From Xylella taiwanensis (GTDB lineage Bacteria > Pseudomonadota > Gammaproteobacteria > Xanthomonadales > Xanthomonadaceae): a DNA stretch of 32,000 nt. Under the pieces are notes generated by a model. The model worked only from the letters and a program-made list of their open reading frames with translations. It was not told where the DNA came from and made no database searches. Below are positions 11,815-20,464 of this stretch, in pieces (the first letter of the stretch is position 1; each line of letters starts with the position of its first letter). The translations under genes and the position numbers were made by a program. The stretch spans positions 1-32,000 of the forward strand of contig NZ_CP053627.1 of NCBI RefSeq assembly GCF_013177435.1. The letters run 5' to 3'.

Positions 11815-12579
11815 ATGTTGCAGAATCTTTTCATCGTCGCCACAGCAGGGGGTTCTAATCCGTCGAATGCCCTTTCAAAAATGGGCGTTTGGCACCTCAT
11901 TGGCGAAATGACTGCGTCACCGGCCGAATTTGCAGTTTCCTGGGCTGTCTTGATTATTCTGATCACCATGTCCGCTCTTTCGTGGTACTGGACAGTGATT
12001 AACATCTTACGTGCTGTGCGCTTGAAGAGCGGAGGCTATTTGGTCATTAACGCGTTCTGGAAGGCTAAAAATGCCCAAGATGCAATCCGTGCGATGGAAA
12101 AACAATCAGCTTCCGAACCGTTTTCCAAAATTGCTTTGGATGCTGCTCAAGCAGCGGCCCATCATCAGCGAACAGAAGGTGGTAATGCTGCGGGCCTAGG
12201 GGAAAGGCTGAGTCTTTCGGAGTTCGTCGATCGTGCGTTACGCCAAGCCGTCACTCGTGAAAGTAGCAGGCTGCAATCAGGGATGACTCTGCTGGCGACC
12301 GTGGGTGCAACCGCCCCATTCGTAGGTTTGCTGGGTACCGTGTGGGGTATCTACAATGCGTTGATCACCATCGGCGCTACTGGTTCGGCATCGATTGATG
12401 CTGTCGCCGGCCCGGTAGGCGAGGCACTCATTATGACCGCCATTGGATTATTCGTTGCGATCCCGGCTGTATTTGCTTTTAACTTCTTCTCGAAGATCAA
12501 TAATTCTACGATTGCTAAATTCGATACGTTTGCACATGACTTGCATGACTTCTTTGCTACGGGCTCACGGGTACGCTGA
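11815..12579 (+). CDS. exbB: ExbB (MotA/TolQ/ExbB proton-channel family)
   Basis: 254-aa ORF with the conserved channel block LATVGATAPFVGLLGTVWGI and GPVGEALIMTAIGLFVAIPAVFAFNFF. Sits between tonB and exbD. Confidence 0.93.
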   Translation: MLQNLFIVATAGGSNPSNALSKMGVWHLIGEMTASPAEFAVSWAVLIILITMSALSWYWTVINILRAVRLKSGGYLVINAFWKAKNAQDAIRAMEKQSASEPFSKIALDAAQAAAHHQRTEGGNAAGLGERLSLSEFVDRALRQAVTRESSRLQSGMTLLATVGATAPFVGLLGTVWGIYNALITIGATGSASIDAVAGPVGEALIMTAIGLFVAIPAVFAFNFFSKINNSTIAKFDTFAHDLHDFFATGSRVR

Positions 12580-12632
12580 TCCTGTCACCTGATTTCAAGC
12601 AATCATCGCAATACTATTAGACGGAGTCCGTT

Positions 12633-13055
12633 ATGGCCTTTAGTAATGGAAACAGTAGTGGTCCGATGTCTGATATCAACGTCACGCCACTTGTGGATGT
12701 GATGTTGGTGCTCCTGATCATCTTCATCATTACGGCGCCGCTGATGTCTCACAAGATTAAGGTGGAACTGCCTCAGGCTAATCTGGTCAAGAAGGACAAT
12801 GAAGAAAAACGCTCTAGTCCGATCACCTTGGCTGTGAAGGAGGATGGGACGCTTTACTGGAACGACGAGCCAATCACCGACAAGGAATTGGAATCGCGTT
12901 TTTCGGTCGCTGCGCAAAAAACCCCACAGCCGCCTCTCAACTTGCGTGGTGATCGCACCACTAAGATGGGCAAGATCAACGAGATCATCAAGGTCGCCCA
13001 AGGGCAAGGTATTCTGGACATTGGTTTCATTGCAACCAAAGAAAAGGGGCAGTAG
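12633..13055 (+). CDS. exbD: ExbD/TolR family protein, copy 1
   Basis: 140 aa with the canonical N-terminus [25 protein letters not shown] and a periplasmic domain. Confidence 0.9.
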   Translation: MAFSNGNSSGPMSDINVTPLVDVMLVLLIIFIITAPLMSHKIKVELPQANLVKKDNEEKRSSPITLAVKEDGTLYWNDEPITDKELESRFSVAAQKTPQPPLNLRGDRTTKMGKINEIIKVAQGQGILDIGFIATKEKGQ

Positions 13056-13058
13056 GCC

Positions 13059-13478
13059 ATGGCATTCAGTAGTGGTAGCAACCGTGGCCCGATGGCCGAT
13101 ATCAATGTCACTCCTCTTGTGGATGTGATGCTGGTGTTGTTAATTATCTTTATCGTCACTGCGCCGATCATGACTTATCCGATTGCCGTGGATTTACCGC
13201 AGAACGTGCTGAATCCGCCACCGGTGGATCATGAACCGCCGCCGCCGATTGAATTGAAGATCGATGCCAGCAACCAAGTCTATTGGAACAACACTCTTAT
13301 TGCGGTTAGCCAGTTGCAACAGCGTATGGAGGAGGAAGTCCAGAAAGATCCAACCAACCAGCCGCAACTGCAGATTGATGCTAATCCAGACTCAGAATAC
13401 GAAGTGATCGCCAAAGTGCTGGCGGCTGCTAAAAACGCCGACATGAAGAAGATTGGGTTTCGTAAGCAGACAGAGTAA
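13059..13478 (+). CDS. exbD: ExbD/TolR family protein, copy 2 (tandem paralogue)
   Basis: 139 aa starting 3 nt after the copy 1 stop. The N-terminus [25 protein letters not shown] is nearly identical to copy 1, while the periplasmic part is divergent. Confidence 0.9.
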   Translation: MAFSSGSNRGPMADINVTPLVDVMLVLLIIFIVTAPIMTYPIAVDLPQNVLNPPPVDHEPPPPIELKIDASNQVYWNNTLIAVSQLQQRMEEEVQKDPTNQPQLQIDANPDSEYEVIAKVLAAAKNADMKKIGFRKQTE

Positions 13479-13526
13479 ATAGCCTTTGCAGCGCATGGCC
13501 TATCCAATCCCGCAGGATATCACCAC

Positions 13527-13556
13527 AAAAACGCCACTTGATGTGGCGTTTTTTTT
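13527..13556. terminator. intrinsic terminator after exbD2, possibly bidirectional
   Basis: AAAAACGCCAC-TTGAT-GTGGCGTTTTTTTT. A perfect GC-rich stem flanked by an A-run upstream and a T-run downstream, about 50 nt after the exbD2 stop. Confidence 0.8.
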
Positions 13557-14264
13557 AATATCTTAAGCAAAGCGTACTTGCCACGAAATGAGCATCTGCT
13601 ACTCGTCCGATGAATAAATATCAATGATGTTCCGTCAGCATCTGCATCTTCTATACCGATCTGGAATAGATACAGTTACTACTCTTCCCGCATGACGGAT
13701 GGCCCAGCTAGTGATCTCAAACACGTCGATGACTTTTCCAATGAAGCGGTATAAGTAAATGCATTGGAGTGCCCATACACGTGGTTCCTCACGTGGGAGT
13801 GATCCTTGTAGAAGGAACCGCTTGTTATGTCGTCGACGTATTGGTGGCAGTGTCTAACGTAAACCCAGCATCCATAATGAATGCATTGATCGATGGCCTG
13901 ACATACACAATGCCTTCCGGAATAGAAGTGACATCGTTTAGTGCGTTGGATGATGTCAACCCTGAATATCTGAGGATCAAGGGCAGCTTGTCATTCCTAT
14001 TGTCAGATGTCATTGATTCCCTGAAATACATCATTCAATCGCAAGAACAAACGGACAAGATCCACTATACCGCTCCATCTGGTTCAAGCCGCTGCAACTT
14101 TGTGTAGTGCTTTATTGGATCAGGCATAACGATATCCAGCAAGGTGATTCGCAGTGCACCCATGACACCCAGCATGACAACAGTGCCTGGTGTGAAATTT
14201 GATTTATCTGGATGTTGTTTGATTGGATCAGATAGTGACAAGAAGTATCTGCAGATTGGCATCG

Positions 14265-14284
14265 AATTCTCGCATGCGAGAATT
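14265..14284. repeat. perfect 20-bp palindrome AATTCTCGCATGCGAGAATT
   Basis: The reverse complement is identical (checked base by base). Lies about 165 nt upstream of the S9 peptidase start. Confidence 0.95.
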
Positions 14285-14444
14285 GTAGTCCCCTGTGCAC
14301 TGGGGTGATGTCCGTGCGTGAGTTGAGGATCGACATTTGCGACATCGCTTAATTTTTAAGCAACGATGAGAACTGCTGGATTAGGACGAACCCGCAGCGA
14401 GATTCCAACGCTGCTACGCTTGCGGTTTTTCTGCTATCGCCACC

Positions 14445-16823
14445 TTGACTATGTCCCGGTTGTTTTTCCTGTCCATCTGTCTACTGACTGCCAGCGTATC
14501 CGCCCAAACCACCTCCACGCCATTGACGATCGAACAGATCATGGCTGACCCTGATTGGATCGGTTCCAGTGTCGACGTTGCTTGGTGGAAGTGGGATAGC
14601 CATGAAGTGCAATACGAACGCAAGCGTGAAAACAGTCCGGTGCATGAGATCTACCGCCAACCGTTACGCAGTAACGCTGCTCATGTTGTGAGCGATACTC
14701 TGCTCACTGATCTGGATGCACCTAACCCCGTCTACGACCGACAGCGCCGGCGTATGCTGTTCGTGCGTCATGGGGATATCTTCTTGCGTGACTTGCGCAA
14801 GGGTGTGTTGGTCCAGCTGACCCGCAGTAATCAGAACAAAGGCCGCCCCCAGTTTGCTACCGATGGTGGTGTCATCTGGCACGTTGGCAACGATTGGTAT
14901 CATTGGATGCCGCAAGGCGGCGTGGTGCAGCTGACGGATATTCACGCCGGGCCTGATCCTGATACCGCCCCCAAGAGCGATCCGCTTCGCGATCAGCAAC
15001 TGAAGCATCTAGCCACATTACGTAACGAGCGTGCCGAACACGAGGCGCTCAAACAACAGGACCAAATATGGCGTGCTGCGGATCCAAGCCGCGCCACAGC
15101 CCCTGTCTACCTTGGCGAAGAGGTAGTGATGGTTGATAGCAGCTTGTCGCCTGATGGACGGCATCTTTTGTTGGTCACCAAACCTAAGAACGTTGACGAG
15201 GGACAGGTCGGGAAGATGCCCCGTTACGTCACGGAGTCCGGTTATGAGGAATTCCAAGAAGTACGTACCCGAGTAGGCCGCAACATGCCGGTACCGCATA
15301 CCCTCTGGTTAATCAATGTGATTGCTGGTACTGCGCACAAGCTGAGTTTCTCGTCACTGCCGGGTATAACCGATGATCCCTTAGCCGCGTTGCGCAAAGC
15401 GAATGGTAAAGCCCCCTTAAGAGGGGAACGCCCAGTGCGGATTGAGAACGATGCCGATAGCAATGGGCCAGCGATTCGCTGGAGTGAGGACGGCCACAAC
15501 GTTGCAGTGGAGATTCGCACCATTGACAACAAAGATCGTTGGATTGCTGCCGTCGACCTGGAGCAAGCCACGCTTAATGCACGTCACCGCCTGCATGACA
15601 GTGCTTGGATTAATTGGGACTTCAACGACTTCGGTTGGTTACCGGATAACCGTACCTTGTGGCTACTGTCGGAAGAATCTGGTTACTCCCACCTCTATAC
15701 GGTCGAAGGCACAGGGACCCCCAAACAGCGCACCTTTGGTCAGTGGGAGGTGTCCGCACCGCAGCTCAGCGTCGATGGGCGCAGTGTCTACTTTGTATGT
15801 AATCCAACCTGGCCCGGTGGCTATGAGATATGCAAGCTCGATTTGGGCAGCGGTCATCTCGACACGTTGACCGCATTGGAAGGCGTGGAGGACTTCAGCC
15901 TTTCCCCGGATGGGCGCCAGCTGCTGGTGCGTTATTCCGGTCGCTATTTGCCACCGCAGCTGGCGTTGATATCAACCAAAGGTGGCCAAGCGCGCGTGCT
16001 CACCGATACCCGCAGTACCACGTTCAAAGCACAGCAGTGGATCCAGCCGGAGTACGTCCAGATACCTTCTAAACATGGCGCCGGTGTCATTTGGGGCAAG
16101 TACTACGGTCCAGCATCGCTGGAGCCAGACAGGCGCTATCCAATCGTCATGTTCGTCCATGGCGCTGGTTATCTGCAGAATGTTTCCGCCCGCTATACCT
16201 CTTACTTTCGTGAGCAAATGTTCCATACCCTGCTCGTGCAGAAGGGCTACATCGTGCTTGATCTCGACTACCGTGCTTCGGCTGGTTACGGGCGTCATTG
16301 GCGCACCGCGATCTATCGCAACATGGGCCATCCAGAATTGGAAGACTATCTGGACGGCTTGGACTGGCTAGTTGCCCATAAGCAGGGCGACCTTGGTCGC
16401 GCTGGCATCTATGGAGGTTCTTACGGTGGCTTCATGACCTACATGGCGATGTTCCGCGCTGCGGGTACCTTCAAAGCGGGCGCGGCACTGCGTCCGGTGG
16501 GCAACTGGATGCAATACAACCACGAGTACACGTCCAACATTCTCAACACTCCGGAGCTGGATCCGGAGGCGTATCAACGCTCCTCACCGATGAATTACGT
16601 TGAGGCCTTGCAGGGTCATTTGCTGATCGTGCACGGCATGATAGACGACAACGTATTTTTCAAGGATTCCGTTGACATGGTGCAAAAGCTGATCGAGTTG
16701 CGAAAAGACAACTGGGAGATCGTCCCGTATCCGCTGGAGCGCCACGGGTTCATCCACGCCGATGCCTGGGTGGACGAATACAAGCGCATCCTTAAACTGT
16801 TCGAAACACAGTTGCAGCCATGA
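14445..16823 (+). CDS. S9-family serine peptidase (prolyl oligopeptidase / dipeptidyl-peptidase type), secreted
   Basis: Signal peptide SRLFFLSICLLTASVSAQT. Long N-terminal propeller-like region. C-terminal alpha/beta hydrolase with nucleophile elbow IYGGSYGGFM, then GMIDDNV and ERHGF, consistent with a Ser-Asp-His triad. The real start is probably ATG 14451, two codons inside the TTG 14445 of the ORF track. Confidence 0.9.
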   Translation: MTMSRLFFLSICLLTASVSAQTTSTPLTIEQIMADPDWIGSSVDVAWWKWDSHEVQYERKRENSPVHEIYRQPLRSNAAHVVSDTLLTDLDAPNPVYDRQRRRMLFVRHGDIFLRDLRKGVLVQLTRSNQNKGRPQFATDGGVIWHVGNDWYHWMPQGGVVQLTDIHAGPDPDTAPKSDPLRDQQLKHLATLRNERAEHEALKQQDQIWRAADPSRATAPVYLGEEVVMVDSSLSPDGRHLLLVTKPKNVDEGQVGKMPRYVTESGYEEFQEVRTRVGRNMPVPHTLWLINVIAGTAHKLSFSSLPGITDDPLAALRKANGKAPLRGERPVRIENDADSNGPAIRWSEDGHNVAVEIRTIDNKDRWIAAVDLEQATLNARHRLHDSAWINWDFNDFGWLPDNRTLWLLSEESGYSHLYTVEGTGTPKQRTFGQWEVSAPQLSVDGRSVYFVCNPTWPGGYEICKLDLGSGHLDTLTALEGVEDFSLSPDGRQLLVRYSGRYLPPQLALISTKGGQARVLTDTRSTTFKAQQWIQPEYVQIPSKHGAGVIWGKYYGPASLEPDRRYPIVMFVHGAGYLQNVSARYTSYFREQMFHTLLVQKGYIVLDLDYRASAGYGRHWRTAIYRNMGHPELEDYLDGLDWLVAHKQGDLGRAGIYGGSYGGFMTYMAMFRAAGTFKAGAALRPVGNWMQYNHEYTSNILNTPELDPEAYQRSSPMNYVEALQGHLLIVHGMIDDNVFFKDSVDMVQKLIELRKDNWEIVPYPLERHGFIHADAWVDEYKRILKLFETQLQP

Positions 16824-16878
16824 ACCCAATCCGATCAGTGTTTTGATATTCGCCGCGCGTTATTGTCGGATCCTTCCC

Positions 16879-17421
16879 ATGTCCACTCCTGCGTCCGCTC
16901 GTACCTTTGTCAAAGTGATGGCTTTCATGTGCCTTGGTTTAGGTGTGCCGAGCATGTTGGCGAATCTGCTGTCGATCGTGCACCTCTTGCTGGTTCCTGA
17001 CGGTGATCCTGCAACGTTGCAGGGCATACTGGGGGTACCCATGCCGCCCCAGTTTGCTTGGATGTTCAGGCATACCCTGGCACTTTCGCTGGCCAATGGT
17101 GCACTGTCATTACTGTTTGTCTGTGTCGGTTCGGGACTGTGGCATCAGCGTGAATGGGCGCGGCGTGGAATCATAGCTCTGCTGCTGGCCGTGACCATTG
17201 TTAGTCTCGCGGCCTTGCCCTTGATTGGACCACTATTCGATGGGGTGATGATGTTGCTGCCACCGGAGATGATCACCACGCCGGACATCACCACACAGCT
17301 GCATACGGCCCGGCTGGCGGTATGGGGCATTGGTGGGGTTGCCGCAATCGCCATGGTGGCACTGCACGGCTGGTTAATCTGGCGCTTTCAGACGCCGGAA
17401 ATACGCGCGCAGTTCCATTGA
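16879..17421 (+). CDS. hypothetical small integral membrane protein
   Basis: ATG 16879 (MSTPASARTF...) avoids overlap with the peptidase gene. Four long hydrophobic segments. No recognisable family. Confidence 0.5.
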   Translation: MSTPASARTFVKVMAFMCLGLGVPSMLANLLSIVHLLLVPDGDPATLQGILGVPMPPQFAWMFRHTLALSLANGALSLLFVCVGSGLWHQREWARRGIIALLLAVTIVSLAALPLIGPLFDGVMMLLPPEMITTPDITTQLHTARLAVWGIGGVAAIAMVALHGWLIWRFQTPEIRAQFH

Positions 17422-17646
17422 GCCTGTGCTGTGAGCCGATACAAGTACAGTGACGGTTTGCGTCGCATTGAGCTTTTGTGTCAAGCAGGGTCGATGCACT
17501 GTGACGTCATCCCTGTCTGGTGACATTGACAGCATTCAGTATGGGTGCAATCGCCCGTGCGACGGCATAATCACTGTCCAAGCTGTTGTAGGTTGCCTGC
17601 ACTGTGCGCGTGGCGCGACGGCTTCTTTTCTTTCATCCAGGCTGCT

Positions 17647-18561
17647 ATGAGCGATTTCGACCGCGTCCGCGATTATCTCACTACCCTGCAGGATCGCATT
17701 TGCACGGCGGTCGAGACCATCGACGGCCAAGCCCATTTCCAAGAAGATCAGTGGCAGCGTACTGAGGGTGGTGGTGGACGCACCCGTCTCCTGCGCGATG
17801 GTGCTGTATTCGAACAGGCAGGCATTGGCTTCTCCGATGTCTCCGGTACTCACTTACCACCATCGGCCAGCGTGCACCGCCCCGAACTGGCGGGTGCCAG
17901 TTGGCATGCCTGCGGTGTGTCATTGGTGTTCCATCCACACAATCCTTTCGTGCCTACGACACATCTCAATGTGCGCTACTTTCGTGCCGAACGTGATGGG
18001 AAACAGGTTGCGGCTTGGTTTGGTGGCGGGTTTGACCTCACCCCGTTTTATCCGTTCGACGAAGATGTATTGCACTGGCATAGCGTCGCCCATGACCTAT
18101 GTGCCCCGTTTGGCGAGGAACGCTATGCAATGCATAAACGCTGGTGTGACGAATACTTCGTACTGCGTCACCGGAATGAAACGCGCGGCATCGGAGGATT
18201 GTTCTTTGATGACCTGGATCAGGATTTTGAGCGCGACTTTGCTTACCAGCGTGCGGTGGGTGATGGCTTCCTCGACGCTTATTTGCCGATTGTGGAGCGT
18301 CGTCATGACACCCCTTACGGCGATCGCGAGCGTGCGTTTCAGCTTTATCGACGTGGCCGCTACGTCGAGTTCAATTTGTTGTTCGACCGCGGCACATTAT
18401 TCGGCCTACAAAGTGGCGGGCGTGCGGAAAGCATTTTGATCAGCCTGCCGCCGTTGGTACGCTGGGAATATGGTTACCAACCCATACCAGGCAGTGCCGA
18501 AGCACGTTTGGCTGACTATTTACGTCCGCGTGACTGGCTGGATGAAAGCCGCCGTTCCTGA
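17647..18561 (+). CDS. hemF: oxygen-dependent coproporphyrinogen III oxidase
   Basis: Family blocks [65 protein letters not shown] and [23 protein letters not shown] 17647 ([11 protein letters not shown]) gives the usual length of about 300 aa. Confidence 0.94.
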   Translation: MSDFDRVRDYLTTLQDRICTAVETIDGQAHFQEDQWQRTEGGGGRTRLLRDGAVFEQAGIGFSDVSGTHLPPSASVHRPELAGASWHACGVSLVFHPHNPFVPTTHLNVRYFRAERDGKQVAAWFGGGFDLTPFYPFDEDVLHWHSVAHDLCAPFGEERYAMHKRWCDEYFVLRHRNETRGIGGLFFDDLDQDFERDFAYQRAVGDGFLDAYLPIVERRHDTPYGDRERAFQLYRRGRYVEFNLLFDRGTLFGLQSGGRAESILISLPPLVRWEYGYQPIPGSAEARLADYLRPRDWLDESRRS

Positions 18562-19298
18562 TGAGGTCTGAGCGTATCCAGTCCGGTGAGAATGACCGTG
18601 ATTGCAGTATCCCGCTACGCCGATACGTCATCGTGTGCAGCGTCATCATTTATAGATCAAACGACCGCATTGGCCCAGGCAGCGTTTGTCTGTGTTCCTG
18701 GTGAATCCTGCAAACAGTGCGGCGCATGGTTTTCATGCAGGGTAGCAGGTTCCTAGAGGACGCTGAGAACAGCATTGGTTGAGTCGCCAATATTGCGTGA
18801 AGTATCAGCCACAGCGTGCGGATGGCACGTGGAATCAAGCGTGCTTGTTTCGCTGCTTATCGATCGATGCATGCGGTGTTGTATTGCAGGTGCGCCGTTT
18901 AAACCAGCAGAACACCACGCTGGTGAAATCACACGCCGGTTGAAGTGATGCAACCGTCAATTTCTATGTCCAACATGCTGATAAGGGGCTGTCTGGTTGC
19001 AAGTATCTTCAGGTCGTCATGATGATTGGCTTCGGATTCGGACAGGATTGATGAAGACACCAGGACAAAGCGCTGCTGGTGATTTGGAGCGGCTGGTGAC
19101 GTGAGGGGCTGCCAGTTTTAATGGCTGAGATAAAGGCCGGTATGTCGCTTGCGATGTTTTGTTGAGCGGGTGAGCGCTATGCACCAGGTGCGGTTTGACT
19201 CAATAGTGAGGCCTTGTGGTGCAGGAGGCTGGAACTCGCCTTGTTTGGGTCGTTGTTCACTGTGGCACTCTGACATGCCTGGCTTGAATGTCTGTCCT

Positions 19299-19358
19299 CG
19301 GGACTAGCACCTAGAGGAAACCATCAGCTTGAAACCAAAGGATAAAGAAAACGCTGCT
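19299..19358 (+). repeat. inverted repeat, left copy (59/60 identical to 21432-21491)
   Basis: Aligned base by base against the reverse complement of 21432-21491. The only mismatch is at 19316 / 21474. Weaker similarity continues outward (19271-19292 vs 21499-21520, 19/22). Confidence 0.95.
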
Positions 19359-19492
19359 AGTCGCCGCTGATTGGAATGCGTGCTCCATCCAAGTCGCTGA
19401 ATACTTTTGCTCGATGAGCGAGCAATCTTAACAGGCTCATCTGGTGAGCCAGTGAGCGTCGAACATGGCAGTACCGATCCAAGAGGTGCACC

Positions 19493-20313
19493 ATGAAGAC
19501 GAATCAAGTGCAGTTTCAGCCTGGGCTGTCGCTGCATGAGTGCTATGAGCGATACGGAAGTGAAGCGTAGTGCCGTGAGAGGCGTGGAGATGTCACGTTG
19601 GTTCGGTCTGCGGAGGCGCGGCTCGTAGCCGCTTTGAGCGCAGCGGATGGTGCTATTGGCAGTGCAGCTTGATCAACGGCACCATCTTCGAGTCCAGTAA
19701 GTTGCCGCTGTCGGCTTAGTTGTTGACCTAGGTCAAGAACAACGTTGCGGCGCTCGACCTCATGTGCCAGCACGGTGTCAGCGACCGGATCGCTTGGCCG
19801 ATGCAGCACAAAATCATGGAAGAGATACGCCTCCGCGAGGATTGGCGTGAACTCACCGGGCGTGTGGAGATCAACTCCGCTTTCCGCGGCGGCAACCTCT
19901 CCGTCGGCAAAGCCGGCCACAGTGTGTAGAACAAGGGGCCCTGCATCGCATCTGTGCAAACCACTCCCAGGGGCAGCCCGTTGTCGCGTGCCTGCGCCGC
20001 CAGGCACATACCGAGCAGGAGGTTGCCATCTTGCACTGCCAGCCGCATCGTCCTATCAGCCAGCGTCATCTCCGACGGGCTTTGGTGCTTCGGTACCATT
20101 AGCACTGGAAGGGTCGCACACGAGGAGCATGTCACCAGCGGCGGTGAGTGTGCAGTGCCTCAGTTCCAGGTAGTCGACACGTTGCTGGGTAACCTCAAGA
20201 TTGCGATGAGCGGCTCGTACCTCGCTTTAGCATGCTTGTTGCTTGAATGGTCGAATGATCAAACAGAAATGCCTGCCACTGGGTTGGCGGCGTTGTGGGG
20301 TCGTGCTGCGTAA
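19493..20313 (+). pseudogene. IS1595-family (ISXO2-like) transposase pseudogene
   Basis: The N-terminus MKTNQVQFQPGLSLHECYERYGSEA stops after 25 codons. After at least one frameshift, the frame from 19678 reads GTIFESSKLPLS.., VKNNVAALDLMCQHGVSDRIAWPMQHKIMEEIRLREDWRELTGRVEINSAFRGGN..GKAGHS and HEEHVTSGGECAVPQFQVVDTLLGNLKIAMSGSY. These match conserved IS1595 blocks as I recall them. There are three in-frame TAG stops (19717, 19729, 19927), and the zinc-ribbon cysteines are lost. Confidence 0.7.
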
Positions 20314-20464
20314 ATGCCTCATTTTGTAGAGTTTGGTTTGCGGTGTGAGGATGAGTTGATCGAGGTACTTTGAGGTCAGGTGCCCATCGATACGTTGCGT
20401 TGTGAAGCCGCTATGCGGTTCTGCTTTGACGACAGCGATTACGGTTAGCGCACATGTTTTCAAG

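Noticed and set aside
13769-14107. 112-aa plus-strand ORF (GTG start) as a hypothetical protein gene
   Set aside because: No motif and no clear RBS. Minus-strand ORFs of similar size overlap it completely. I cannot favour either strand, so it is reported only as part of a possibly decayed interval.
14664-16829. Many 64-142-aa ORFs on both strands inside the S9 peptidase gene
   Set aside because: They overlap a continuous 792-aa frame with clear family motifs. GC-rich genes commonly generate such off-frame ORFs.
19217-19240. TGGTGCAGGAGGCTGGAACTCGCC, faint resemblance to the tRNA 3' end (TGGTGGGCCCAGCAGGACTTGAACC on the plus strand), as a possible distal att repeat
   Set aside because: The match needs several indels and substitutions. 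It is too weak to call an attachment-site repeat without a proper alignment.
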